DNA from: an uncultured archaeon
GTDB taxonomy: Archaea > Micrarchaeota > Micrarchaeia > Anstonellales > Bilamarchaeaceae
Assembly (NCBI GenBank): GCA_963734525.1
Contig: CAVTHI010000009.1
Span: forward strand, 3,429-67,428
Length of the DNA: 64,000 bases
Reading direction: 5' to 3'
This document shows positions 38,184-46,948 of the stretch, one piece after another. The notes beneath the pieces were generated by a model, which saw only the letters and a list, made by a program, of their open reading frames with translations, did not search any database and was not told the DNA's origin. A program made the position numbers and the translations under genes. Position 1 is the stretch's first letter. Each line of letters starts with the position of its first letter.

Positions 38184-38900
38184 TCATTTCTTCATCGCTT
38201 TCAGGAGGACGAACGCGACTGCCATGCCGCCGACGAGAAGGACGGTGCCGCCGCCGATTGCGACGAGGAGCATCGTGTCAAGCTCCTTTGATTTCACGAC
38301 TATGTATTCCCCCTCGGTCATCAGGTCGAGAACGTCGAATTTGGCGGTCTTCTTCCCGGAGGAGTCGAGGGTTATTTCGCCGTCCTGGGCGCTGATTATG
38401 TCGCCGGGCATCTCCACCGAGTATGTCATCGATGCGCCCGCGGCCTTGAGCGTCGCCGCCCCGAGCTTGGCCGAGGGGTCCTTGAAGTCGGAATCGACTT
38501 GCGGGGCGGAACCCGCGCCGGACGAGAGGCCTTCGGAGCTGACGATTTGCGGAACACGCCTCACTTCGAGCGTGTAGATGATATATGGGAATTCCGAGGA
38601 TTTGTTGAACAGGTAGAGGTTATCGCTGGCCTTCACCGGTTTCGTGATTGTCATGACCCCGGAGGCGTATGAGCATTGGGAATCGCTCTCGTTTTTCGTT
38701 ATGTTGTCGCATGCGCCGGAAAGCTGGGACTCCGAGCTGGCGAAGTCCTTGTTCATGGACAGCAATGCGCTCAGGTCCACGTTCTGGGTGATTACCGAAT
38801 TCCCGTCCCGGTCGACCTTCTGTGTGTAGTCGATTGAGATGCATCCTGAGAGGAACAGCGCGAACAGCCCGAGAGCGATGATTGATGAGCGGATTTCCAT
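38184..38900 (-). CDS. Lipoprotein-like surface protein with a C-terminal TM anchor
   Basis: N-terminus MEIRSSIIALGLFALFLSGC and C-terminal TM LLVAIGGGTVLLVGGMAVAFVLL followed by KAMKK. Confidence 0.6.
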   Translation of the reverse strand: MEIRSSIIALGLFALFLSGCISIDYTQKVDRDGNSVITQNVDLSALLSMNKDFASSESQLSGACDNITKNESDSQCSYASGVMTITKPVKASDNLYLFNKSSEFPYIIYTLEVRRVPQIVSSEGLSSGAGSAPQVDSDFKDPSAKLGAATLKAAGASMTYSVEMPGDIISAQDGEITLDSSGKKTAKFDVLDLMTEGEYIVVKSKELDTMLLVAIGGGTVLLVGGMAVAFVLLKAMKK

Positions 38901-38953
38901 GGCTAAACGTAGGGGGCATTTTTTTTAAATGTAGGTCTGGCAACGATGCGGGC

Positions 38954-39739
38954 TCAGAAACGCCTGCCGCGCTGCGCCCGGGCCGATGAGGGCGGTTCGC
39001 TCCGCCGTGCGGCGCCCGCCTTCTCCAAGTCGCTGGAGGAAGGGGCGCCCCTCGGGTTGACGAACCGGTCCGCCGCCGAGCCGGTGATGGGCGGAATCAA
39101 TGAATGGGGCTCGCCTTTCAGTTCCCCGGCCGTGTCCTTGGTGCCGTCAGGGAAGACCTTCGCCACGCTCACCGCTTTTGCGGCCGGCGACCTGTCGAAC
39201 AGGTATAGCGTTGAATGCGGGATTTGGGCCGCCGTATCGACGCGCTCGACCGTCTGCAAATCGACCAGGCCGAGCCGGTTCAGCGTCTTCTTGTCCGGAA
39301 CCAATGGGTTCTCGCCCGGTCGGGGCTTGATGAACAGCACGCCCACGACGGGCTTCGAGCTCCCGCACTCCTTCACATTCGCGCAAATCACGAACGCCTT
39401 TGGCGGGTACAGGAACTTCTCGGCCGCTTGTCCCTCCACCGGCGGCACGAGGAAGCTCGGCTCGCCCGCCACCCTGGCGCGGCTGACCTCCTTGTTCGCC
39501 CAGTCAAGGCGGATGATTTCGACGGAAGCCGGTGCGATGGAACGGCTGAAAAGGCAGAGAGTCGGCTCGGTCGGCTGCCTGGACAGGGGTTTCACCTCGC
39601 CCACTGACTGTATGTCGAAAAAGCCGAGGCGGCTGAGGGACTCCATGTCCGGGGGGCTGTTGGAGAACAGCACGCCTGCGACCGGCCGGACGCTTTCCCC
39701 TTCCTTGGACAAACCTGAGATGATGAATGACCTATCCAT
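38954..39739 (-). CDS. Hypothetical protein made of two ~115-aa internal repeats
   Basis: Repeat 1 is ..VRPVAGVLFSNSPPDMESLSRLGFFDIQSVGEV... Repeat 2 is ..SKPVVGVLFIKPRPGENPLVPDKKTLNRLGLVDLQTVERV... Confidence 0.55.
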   Translation of the reverse strand: MDRSFIISGLSKEGESVRPVAGVLFSNSPPDMESLSRLGFFDIQSVGEVKPLSRQPTEPTLCLFSRSIAPASVEIIRLDWANKEVSRARVAGEPSFLVPPVEGQAAEKFLYPPKAFVICANVKECGSSKPVVGVLFIKPRPGENPLVPDKKTLNRLGLVDLQTVERVDTAAQIPHSTLYLFDRSPAAKAVSVAKVFPDGTKDTAGELKGEPHSLIPPITGSAADRFVNPRGAPSSSDLEKAGAARRSEPPSSARAQRGRRF

Positions 39740-39806
39740 GTTTAATCACCAATGAACAAAAGTGGTTTGGATGGTCGGATTTATTATTTTATGTATCTGA
39801 TGCGGG

Positions 39807-40313
39807 TCAGTCGAAGTTCATGCGGCCGAACTTGATGAACAGCGGCTTCGCCTCTTTCACATCCACGACCGCGATTGCCAGCTCCTTCCTGAGCCTGCCC
39901 GCGGTCTCGAGCGATGGGAGGAGCGATTCGATTCCGCATTGCCAGCCTTTCTTCACGACCTGTATTAGATAGTAGGTCTTGTCCTCCCCGGGCCGGAAGC
40001 CCTTGCGGTGCAGGCGCAGGAACGGCGTCCCGTCCAGGCTCGGGCGGATTATGTAGCCGCGCTCGCGGAAATAGAGTATCACGTGGAATTTCTCGTGCGC
40101 AAGCGGGTCCTTGCCCGCGGCCTTGCCCAGAAGCTCGTCCTTGGGAAGCGGGAGGACGCCGCGCTCGGCGAAATACGCCGCTTCGAGGTAGGTTATTTTC
40201 GTCGTTTCCGCCTCCTCGACCCCGGCGCCGAGGCTGCGCAGCTTCAGAATGAGCGGCTTTTCCTTGATGAGAAGGAAATCTTCAGAGTATTCGATATTTT
40301 CCATGACAACCAC
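39807..40313 (-). CDS. tRNA-splicing endonuclease family protein (EndA-like), possibly a non-catalytic subunit
   Basis: ITYLEAAYFAERGVLPL, ILYFRERGYIIRPSLDGTPFLRL and RLRKELAIAVVD align by eye with the EndA N- and C-domains. Confidence 0.55.
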   Translation of the reverse strand: MVVMENIEYSEDFLLIKEKPLILKLRSLGAGVEEAETTKITYLEAAYFAERGVLPLPKDELLGKAAGKDPLAHEKFHVILYFRERGYIIRPSLDGTPFLRLHRKGFRPGEDKTYYLIQVVKKGWQCGIESLLPSLETAGRLRKELAIAVVDVKEAKPLFIKFGRMNFD

Positions 40314-40346
40314 GTGAAATGATTCGCCCGCCGCCGGAACCCTCCT

Positions 40347-40796
40347 TCAGGTCCCGTCCCCCGGCCCGCCCTTCATCTTTATCTCGCCCAGGATTTTTTT
40401 CAGCTCGGAATGCCTGACGTCGTTCATGCGGATGGCCACGTTGGAGCCGCCGGCGGTATCGACATAGAGCGTCCCCACCCCGAAAATGCGCTGGACTATG
40501 CCCTGGGTGTAGGTGGTCTCGGTGATTTTGGCGTATTGCAGGAGTATCCTGCGCGTGGATATGACTCCGGACTGGTACAGCATGCCGTTCTCCTCAAGCG
40601 TCAGCGTCTGGAACCTGGAGGCGATGAACGCCACCAGGACGAACACGATGCCGATGAGCCATAGCGCGGCGATGAGTGGGAGAAGGATTCGCTCGAGGAG
40701 GTCCCGCACCAGCAGGACGAAGACCGTCAGGAAAACCGTCATGAGGAAAATTTTTGTCGCGCCCACGATCGGATGAGGATGGAAAGAATGCGCCAT
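40347..40796 (-). CDS. Membrane protein with a bacterial-type PH domain (YdbS/YdbT, DUF304-like)
   Basis: Two N-terminal TM helices followed by ...ISTRRILLQYAKITETTYTQGIVQRIFGVGTLYVDTAGG. Confidence 0.6.
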   Translation of the reverse strand: MAHSFHPHPIVGATKIFLMTVFLTVFVLLVRDLLERILLPLIAALWLIGIVFVLVAFIASRFQTLTLEENGMLYQSGVISTRRILLQYAKITETTYTQGIVQRIFGVGTLYVDTAGGSNVAIRMNDVRHSELKKILGEIKMKGGPGDGT

Positions 40797-40819
40797 GCAG
40801 TGGGATAGGCTGACTCAGG

Positions 40820-40825
40820 TTTAAA
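40820..40825. promoter_or_regulatory. Shared palindromic TATA element TTTAAA, centred 26.5 nt from both divergent start codons (40796 minus, 40849 plus)
   Basis: It is the only AT-rich element in the 52-nt spacer, and its placement is exactly symmetric. Confidence 0.45.
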
Positions 40826-40848
40826 TCATTGCGCCCGAAGGATAATCC

Positions 40849-41271
40849 ATGCTTGTAATTTTCACCGACGGGGCGTCGCTGGGCAATCCCGGCCCCATGG
40901 GCGTCGGCATCGTGATATACCGCGATGGCATCATCGTCGAGGAGTTGAGCGAGTATATCGGCAATGGGACGAACAACATCGCCGAGTACAGCGCCGTGAT
41001 AAAGGCCCTTGAGACCGTGCACGGCATGGGCGAATTGGAAGCGCATGTCAAAAGCGACAGCCAGCTCATCGTCCGTCAGCTGAACGGCGAATACAAGGTC
41101 AAGGACCCGGACCTCCGGCCGCTTCATGAGAGGGTCGTGCACCTATGCAAGGGGCTCAAGGTGCATTTCGAGCATATCCCGCGCGAGCACAACGCCGAGG
41201 CGGACAAGCTCTCGAAGGAGGGCGCGGAAATCGGCAAGAAGCGCGCGGGCGGCGCGGGTGCGGGCAAATGA
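40849..41271 (+). CDS. rnhA: Ribonuclease HI
   Basis: FTDGASLGNPGP...NNIAEYSAVIKALE...SDSQLIVRQLNGEYKV...REHNAEADKL contains the type-1 RNase H D-E-D-D active-site blocks. Confidence 0.85.
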   Translation: MLVIFTDGASLGNPGPMGVGIVIYRDGIIVEELSEYIGNGTNNIAEYSAVIKALETVHGMGELEAHVKSDSQLIVRQLNGEYKVKDPDLRPLHERVVHLCKGLKVHFEHIPREHNAEADKLSKEGAEIGKKRAGGAGAGK

Positions 41272-42428
41272 ATATCACCGAGCGGCTCGACCTCGGCCGC
41301 CTGATGACTTTCGAGCTTTCGAAAGAGAAGCCGGTCCACGGCTGGTTCTGGTACAAGGAAGGCTATGCGCCGGAGCTTGTCGAGTGGGCAGTCCAGGCCG
41401 AGCTGGAGAAGAGGGGCAGGAATCCGGAAACGGTGCTGGACCCGTTCTGCGGCGTGGGGACAACCCTGCTTTGCGCGAAGGACAAAGGAATCGAGTCGGC
41501 GGGAGTGGACGCATCGAGCCTCGCCGCGTTCGTCTCGCGGACGAAGACCGACGACTACGACAAGGCGGACATCGAGTCCGCGCTCGCGTTCCTGCAGAAA
41601 AAGCTCGATTACCGCAATGCGGAAAAGATGGACTGGAAGTTCGAGCTGTTCTCCACGAAGGCCGCGTTCCCGAAAAGGAACCATACCGAGATACTCGCGC
41701 TCAGGGAGGCCATTGAGAACGAGGAAGGGCGGACGCGGAACCTGCTGCTCCTGGCGCTGCTGTCGGTCCTGCCGCAGTCGAGCATCATACTCAAGGACGG
41801 GGGCGTCCTGAAAATCGACCGCAGCAAGCGCGCGCTCCCTGCGAGGGAGATATTCAGGAGGAAGGTGAAAAGGATGGCCCGCGAACTCGAAGGCAGGAGG
41901 CAGGGGCATGTGCCGAAGGTATTCCTCGGCGACGCGCGCGCACTCGACATAGGGGGGAGCGAGGTGGACCTAATCGTCACATCGCCGCCGTACCTGAACA
42001 ACATAGACTACTCGAAGGTATACGGGCTGGAGCTGAGCCTGCTCGCGATGAGCATGGCCGAGGCCGAGGAGGTGCGCATGCGCGCGGTCCGCTCGTTCAT
42101 CGGAAGGAGGATGGATGTCGATGAGATGCCCCCGGAAGTCGGCGATGTGGGCCTCCGAATCCCAATTGTCGGCACGTACTTCAAGGACATGGAGGCGTGC
42201 ATCGGCGAGATGTTCCGCGTGCTTGCCCCCGGCGGGGCCGCGTATGTCAACGTTTCGAATTCGGTCATCCACGAGACGCACGTGATTGTCGACGAGATTT
42301 TCGCCCAGATGGCGGAGAGGATAGGCTTTAGCGAGACGGAAATCGTGGTCGGGGCCGAGCGCATCGCGGACGTCCGGCCGCAGAAGGTCAAGACGAGGGA
42401 AAGCGTCGTCATAATGAGGAAAGGGTGA
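41268..42428 (+). CDS. DNA methyltransferase (N6-adenine or N4-cytosine), alpha-type motif order, no adjacent endonuclease
   Basis: Motif I DPFCGVGTT lies ~190 aa before motif IV VTSPPY. The start overlaps the rnhA stop (ATGA). Confidence 0.7.
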   Translation: MNITERLDLGRLMTFELSKEKPVHGWFWYKEGYAPELVEWAVQAELEKRGRNPETVLDPFCGVGTTLLCAKDKGIESAGVDASSLAAFVSRTKTDDYDKADIESALAFLQKKLDYRNAEKMDWKFELFSTKAAFPKRNHTEILALREAIENEEGRTRNLLLLALLSVLPQSSIILKDGGVLKIDRSKRALPAREIFRRKVKRMARELEGRRQGHVPKVFLGDARALDIGGSEVDLIVTSPPYLNNIDYSKVYGLELSLLAMSMAEAEEVRMRAVRSFIGRRMDVDEMPPEVGDVGLRIPIVGTYFKDMEACIGEMFRVLAPGGAAYVNVSNSVIHETHVIVDEIFAQMAERIGFSETEIVVGAERIADVRPQKVKTRESVVIMRKG

Positions 42429-43723
42429 GTTGCATGGGTGGACCGATTCTTGAGGTATCCGGAGCAGCAAATGAATTCGTGGGAAAGACGCTTCTGGGGC
42501 AGGTCGCCCCGCCCCAGCAGGGCCCGCAGCCTTTCCAGCCAATCGTAGATAATTTTTTTAGGGTCAATCCAGCCTTGCTGAGCCAGGTTACTGGCGGGAT
42601 GGCGGCGCTTCCGGCCAATGCGACGCCGCAGCAACAGGAAGCCGCCGCGCTCCAGCTTTATCAGAGGCTCGTGGCCGGGGGACCCGGGGGGCTCCGGTAC
42701 AGTTATTCAGGAAATCGGCTGCCAAGGACGCCGAATGAGGTCCTTACGGCCAATCCAAGAGGCGGCGACTGCGATGAGCTGACGATGCTTTTCATCGCTG
42801 CGGCGAGGCAGCTCAACATCAACACTTCAGGAATGAGCATGGCATATATCTCGATACCGACCATGAAGCCCGGCACGACTCGTGAAGCACGGCACGCGAC
42901 CCTTTTTGTCAGGAACATGAACGGCAGTAACTATATCATGGATTTTTCCATTGGTAGCGGCCCCTTCCGGGTGCCGGATTTCAATCCATCGACCATAAGC
43001 CGGGAGTATAAGGGGTTGAACATAGCAAACGGACCGGGGGCGGGCCATGCGATTATCTCAGCAACCATGCTCCACGAATTCGGGGCTTTGCGGGATATCG
43101 CCGCCTTCGCGTTGATGGACCGGGTGGACGTCATGGTCGACGCGTTCGGAACCGGCAATGCGTCCGCCACGCAACTGAATGCCGCCCTTCGCGTTCTGGG
43201 CCAGGCCTCCACGGCCGCCGCATCGGATTCCCTCAGGGTGATGGTTGCGGACCGGTACCGGGCGATAGGCGAGCGCGCCCTGTCATCCGGGCATCCGAAA
43301 ATAGCCCTTGGCGCATTTACAGCCGGGACGGCGGTCCTCGGCTCCGTTCCTCTTGCGGTGAGGAATGCACAGGCACAACGGAGCCTGGAATATCAGATCG
43401 GAGTCGGCATCGCCGGGGCTCTTGAAAGGAGCGGCTCAAGCTCGCAGGCAGGCGCCCTGGCGCAATACGAACGCATGGTCAGGCTCGACCCGACAAGGCT
43501 GGAAGCGTACGAGGGGATTTACAGGATAAGGCTCGCGAGGTTCAACGCCGCCCATCCGAATAACAGGCCGGCGGCCCAGGCCGAGGTCGATGCGCTCGTG
43601 CCGATGATGCGGTCGGGCGTGGCGTCCTCGGGAACGGACGTGATTATGAGCACCGACCTGGGGCAGAAGCGGGATACCATCGTCAACGGTGCGACGGCCA
43701 GGGGATACACGATTCCCCCATGA
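42425..43723 (+). CDS. Transglutaminase-like cysteine protease-fold protein with an Ala-rich helical C-terminal half
   Basis: Candidate Cys-His-Asp core: RGGDCDELTMLFIAAARQL ... ARHATLFV ... NYIMDFS. The start (GTG 42425 or ATG 42434) overlaps or abuts the MTase stop. Confidence 0.45.
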   Translation: MSCMGGPILEVSGAANEFVGKTLLGQVAPPQQGPQPFQPIVDNFFRVNPALLSQVTGGMAALPANATPQQQEAAALQLYQRLVAGGPGGLRYSYSGNRLPRTPNEVLTANPRGGDCDELTMLFIAAARQLNINTSGMSMAYISIPTMKPGTTREARHATLFVRNMNGSNYIMDFSIGSGPFRVPDFNPSTISREYKGLNIANGPGAGHAIISATMLHEFGALRDIAAFALMDRVDVMVDAFGTGNASATQLNAALRVLGQASTAAASDSLRVMVADRYRAIGERALSSGHPKIALGAFTAGTAVLGSVPLAVRNAQAQRSLEYQIGVGIAGALERSGSSSQAGALAQYERMVRLDPTRLEAYEGIYRIRLARFNAAHPNNRPAAQAEVDALVPMMRSGVASSGTDVIMSTDLGQKRDTIVNGATARGYTIPP

Positions 43724-43767
43724 CGACTCCATAGTTTTTTATTTACGAGGCAGATAAACGCAGGTTC

Positions 43768-44964
43768 ATGCTAATTGGTATAGTCGGAAAACCGTCCACA
43801 GGCAAGAGCACCTTTTTCATGGCCGCTACAAGCGTCCCGGTCGAGCGCTCGCCGCGCCCGTTCACGACAATCAAGCCGAACCGCGCAGTCGCATACGTGG
43901 AAGTCGAATGCGTCGACAAGGAGTTCGGCAAGCAGTGCAACCCGAGAAGCGGGTTCTGCGCGAACGGGAGGCGGTTCGTGCCGGTCGAGCTTCTCGACGT
44001 GGCGGGGCTGGTTCCCGGCGCTCACGAGGGGAAGGGGCTCGGGAACAAGTTCCTCGACGACCTGAGGCAGGCCGACGTCCTCGTCCACATAGTGGATGCG
44101 AGCGGCTCCACGAACGAGATGGGCGAGAAGGTGCCCGTAGGCAGCTACGACCCGTGCAACGACGTCCGTTTCCTGGAAGAAGAGCTCGATTTCTGGATAA
44201 AGGGCATATTGGACAAGAACTGGGAGAAGCTCGTCCGCGAGGCCAAATTGAACAAGAAGAAGAACGAGGACTTCCTCGCGGAGCAGTTCAGCGGCCTGGG
44301 GATGACGAAGGACATCATAGGGCGCGTCCTGAAGGAACTGAAGCTCGACGAAAAAAGCCTCCTGGACTGGAGCGGGGAGGAGAGGCTCGGGTTCTGCAAG
44401 AAAATCCGGCAGATAGGCAAGCCGATAATCATCGCCGCGAACAAGTGCGACCTCTCGGCCGGCTACGACAACTTCCAGAAGCTCAAGAAGACGTTTCCGG
44501 AGTATCTCGTCATAGCCTGTTCTGCCGAAGCCGAGATAACGCTCAAGGGCGCGGCGAAAGCGAACTTCATAGAATATGTCCCCGGCGACAAGGCGTTCCG
44601 CGTGAAGGCGGACCTTAACCCGGAACAGCAGAAAGCCATGGACATCATGAAGGCCGTGTGTGAAAGGTACGAAGGCACCGGCATCCAGAAATGCCTCAAT
44701 GCGGCCGTGTTCGATTTCCTCCATTACATCGCGATTTTCCCGGGCGGCGTCGGAAAGCTGGAGGATTCGGAGGGGCGCGTGCTTCCGGACTGCTTCCTGC
44801 TGCCACCCGGCACCACCGCGCTGGATTTCGCCTTCAAGCTCCACTCGGACATAGGGAGGGGCTTCATCAAGGCCATCGACGTGAAGACACGCCAGGCCGT
44901 CGGTAAGGACCACGCCCTCAGGCACAGGGATGTCATCGAGATAGTGTTCAAGAAACCCGGCTGA
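43768..44964 (+). CDS. ychF: YchF/OLA1-type Obg-family ATPase/GTPase with a TGS domain
   Basis: GIVGKPSTGKSTFF P-loop, DVAGLVPGAHEG, NKCD and a C-terminal TGS-like ..HRDVIEIVF. Confidence 0.8.
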   Translation: MLIGIVGKPSTGKSTFFMAATSVPVERSPRPFTTIKPNRAVAYVEVECVDKEFGKQCNPRSGFCANGRRFVPVELLDVAGLVPGAHEGKGLGNKFLDDLRQADVLVHIVDASGSTNEMGEKVPVGSYDPCNDVRFLEEELDFWIKGILDKNWEKLVREAKLNKKKNEDFLAEQFSGLGMTKDIIGRVLKELKLDEKSLLDWSGEERLGFCKKIRQIGKPIIIAANKCDLSAGYDNFQKLKKTFPEYLVIACSAEAEITLKGAAKANFIEYVPGDKAFRVKADLNPEQQKAMDIMKAVCERYEGTGIQKCLNAAVFDFLHYIAIFPGGVGKLEDSEGRVLPDCFLLPPGTTALDFAFKLHSDIGRGFIKAIDVKTRQAVGKDHALRHRDVIEIVFKKPG

Positions 44965-45007
44965 TGAAGCTTTATAAACTACCCTGGGATATCACGTCGG
45001 TGTCCAT

Positions 45008-45310
45008 ATGGATTTCGACGTTATAACATCCGTCAACCTGGTCTTGTGCGTCCTGATTATCATCGCTGGCTACCTGGCCTACAGGAAGGACGGGGGAGCC
45101 GCCTGGCTGTATATCGCCCTGGCTTTCTCGCTGTTCGCGCTGTCGCACGTGGTTACGCTTGCCGGCGCGGCAGATGCGCTCTATGACCCCATGGTCGTGA
45201 TAAGGGCGCTCGGCTACCTGCTCGTCCTCTTCGCCATATTCAAGGGCACGGCCAAGGTGAGCGTGACGGCGGGGCAGGCTCCCGCAAAGCCTTCAAGGAA
45301 AAGGAAGTGA
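45008..45310 (+). CDS. Small membrane protein (3 TM)
   Basis: 100 aa and mostly hydrophobic. TATA TTTATAAA at 44971-44978. Confidence 0.55.
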   Translation: MDFDVITSVNLVLCVLIIIAGYLAYRKDGGAAWLYIALAFSLFALSHVVTLAGAADALYDPMVVIRALGYLLVLFAIFKGTAKVSVTAGQAPAKPSRKRK

Positions 45311-45314
45311 AAGG

Positions 45315-45719
45315 ATGATAATCGTCCTTTCAACCTTCCCGGACGGCAAAAGCGCGAAGAACGCCGCAAGGGACCTGGTCCGGCTCAGGCTCGCGGCGTG
45401 CGCAAGCATCATCCCGATTGAATGCTCGGTTTACCGCTGGAACGGGAGGGTGGAGGAGCATGCGGAGCGGCTCCTCCTGATAAAGACGAGCAAGAACGCC
45501 TATTCGGCCGTTGAGAGGAGGATAAAGGAGCTTCACCCCCACCACGTACCGGAGATAGTCTATGTGGACGTGGACCACGGGAACAAGGCCTATCTGGACT
45601 GGGTGGAATCCAGCTCCAGGCTTTTCAGGGTGCCGCTCGACTTGAGCGCGACGAGGCGGGCGTCCACGCCTTCCAGGGAACCGAGAAGGGCCAGGAAGCC
45701 GAGGACGCGCTCCAGGTAA
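45315..45719 (+). CDS. cutA: CutA1 divalent-cation tolerance protein; the 3' ~30 codons are doubtful
   Basis: RLAACASIIP.ECSVYRWNGRVEE..E..LLIKT..PEIVYVDVDHGNKAYLDWV is the CutA pattern. The ORF continues ~130 nt into convergent pop5. Confidence 0.7.
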   Translation: MIIVLSTFPDGKSAKNAARDLVRLRLAACASIIPIECSVYRWNGRVEEHAERLLLIKTSKNAYSAVERRIKELHPHHVPEIVYVDVDHGNKAYLDWVESSSRLFRVPLDLSATRRASTPSREPRRARKPRTRSR

Positions 45720-45919
45720 TCCCGCTCGCAGCGCAGCACCCCCTTTTTCGATTTCATATCATAACTGACCAGCTTGAGCGCGGCGTATGAGAGGCCGTAT
45801 TCCCCGAAGAACCTCAGCGCCTCGGCATAGAGGGACCGCTTGAGCGCCTCTTCGCCGGTTTCCCGGCCGCGGAATTCGAAAAGGATGTAGCGCCTCTTCA
45901 GGGCGCGGGCCTTGGTCAT
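45590..45919 (-). CDS. rnp2: RNase P protein component 2 (Pop5/Rpp14 family)
   Basis: KRRYILFEF...GEYGLSYAALKLVSYD...GVLRCERDY follows the Pop5 pattern; 109 aa. Confidence 0.65.
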   Translation of the reverse strand: MTKARALKRRYILFEFRGRETGEEALKRSLYAEALRFFGEYGLSYAALKLVSYDMKSKKGVLRCERDYLERVLGFLALLGSLEGVDARLVALKSSGTLKSLELDSTQSR

Positions 45920-45984
45920 GGGTATATGAGGCCTGAAGCCAATTAAATATCTTAGCGATAAATTGGTTGATTGGAGGTTTTAGG

Positions 45985-46566
45985 ATGTTCAAGCCTGATT
46001 TTCATTTTCCGCCATTGCTAAGGAAGCTCAAGAGGGGCGGCCCCGCGGTGACGCTGCCCAAGGACGCCGGAATGGTGATGGCGTATACCGGCCTCAACAA
46101 GGAATCGCGCGTCATCGAGCTCGGCTCCGGAAGCGGGTTCATGACGGTCCAGATGGCCGGGATAGCCAAGGAGGTCGTCTCGTATGAGAAGAGGAAGGAG
46201 TTCCTGGACCTTGCCGAATCGAATGTGAAGAGGGCCGGCCTCGCTAATGTCACGTTCAGGCTGCACGACGTCCTGCACGGCATAGAGGAGAAGGACGAGA
46301 GCTGGGATTTGGTCTTCTGCGACATCGCGGAGGCGGACAAGGCGGCCGCGATGGCGCACGCCGCGCTGAAAAAGGGCGGGTACCTGGCCGCGCACTGCCT
46401 GCAAAGCGAGCAGGCCAAGGCCCTGCACCTCGAGGCGGCGAAGATGTTCGCCGAGGTCTTCACGGCCGAATGCATCATGCGCGAATTCGAGGTCCGCGAG
46501 TTCGGGTTCCGACCCGCGCATTTCGGGCTCATGCACACGGCATACATGGTTTTCGCGCGCAAGTGA
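45985..46566 (+). CDS. trmI: tRNA (adenine-N1)-methyltransferase TrmI/Gcd14 family
   Basis: RGGPAVTLPKDAG, SAM motif VIELGSGSGFMT, FCDIAE and the C-terminal RPAHFGLMHTAYMVFARK typical of TrmI. Confidence 0.65.
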   Translation: MFKPDFHFPPLLRKLKRGGPAVTLPKDAGMVMAYTGLNKESRVIELGSGSGFMTVQMAGIAKEVVSYEKRKEFLDLAESNVKRAGLANVTFRLHDVLHGIEEKDESWDLVFCDIAEADKAAAMAHAALKKGGYLAAHCLQSEQAKALHLEAAKMFAEVFTAECIMREFEVREFGFRPAHFGLMHTAYMVFARK

Positions 46567-46620
46567 GCGGGGGCATCGGATAAAAAATCTTTTTGCTGAA
46601 GTCTCCCCCACGTGATTCAT

Positions 46621-46893
46621 ATGGCAGAAGTTGAAATCAAGAACGACTCGAAGACGGTCAAGGTGCCTGACGGCGCCCTCCTTGCTGAGCTCGACGGCAA
46701 ATGCTCGATACTTTTCGCATGCAAGGCGGGAAGCTGCGGCTCGTGCAAGGTGAAGGTCGTCTCCGGCATGGAGAACCTCGAAGCGCCGAATGACATCGAG
46801 CAGGCGGGCCTTGCGACCTTCGGCGGCGACCAAAACGAGCGCCTTCCCTGCGTCTGCAAGATAAAGAAGGGCAAGGTTGTCGTGGAATATTAG
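46621..46893 (+). CDS. Plant-type [2Fe-2S] ferredoxin
   Basis: Cluster ligand pattern CKAGSCGSC...LPCVC; 90 aa. Confidence 0.7.
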   Translation: MAEVEIKNDSKTVKVPDGALLAELDGKCSILFACKAGSCGSCKVKVVSGMENLEAPNDIEQAGLATFGGDQNERLPCVCKIKKGKVVVEY

Positions 46894-46948
46894 TTTTTCT
46901 TTTATCTTACCAATACAGTTTTTGATCAAACTTTTTTCTAAAAAGTTT

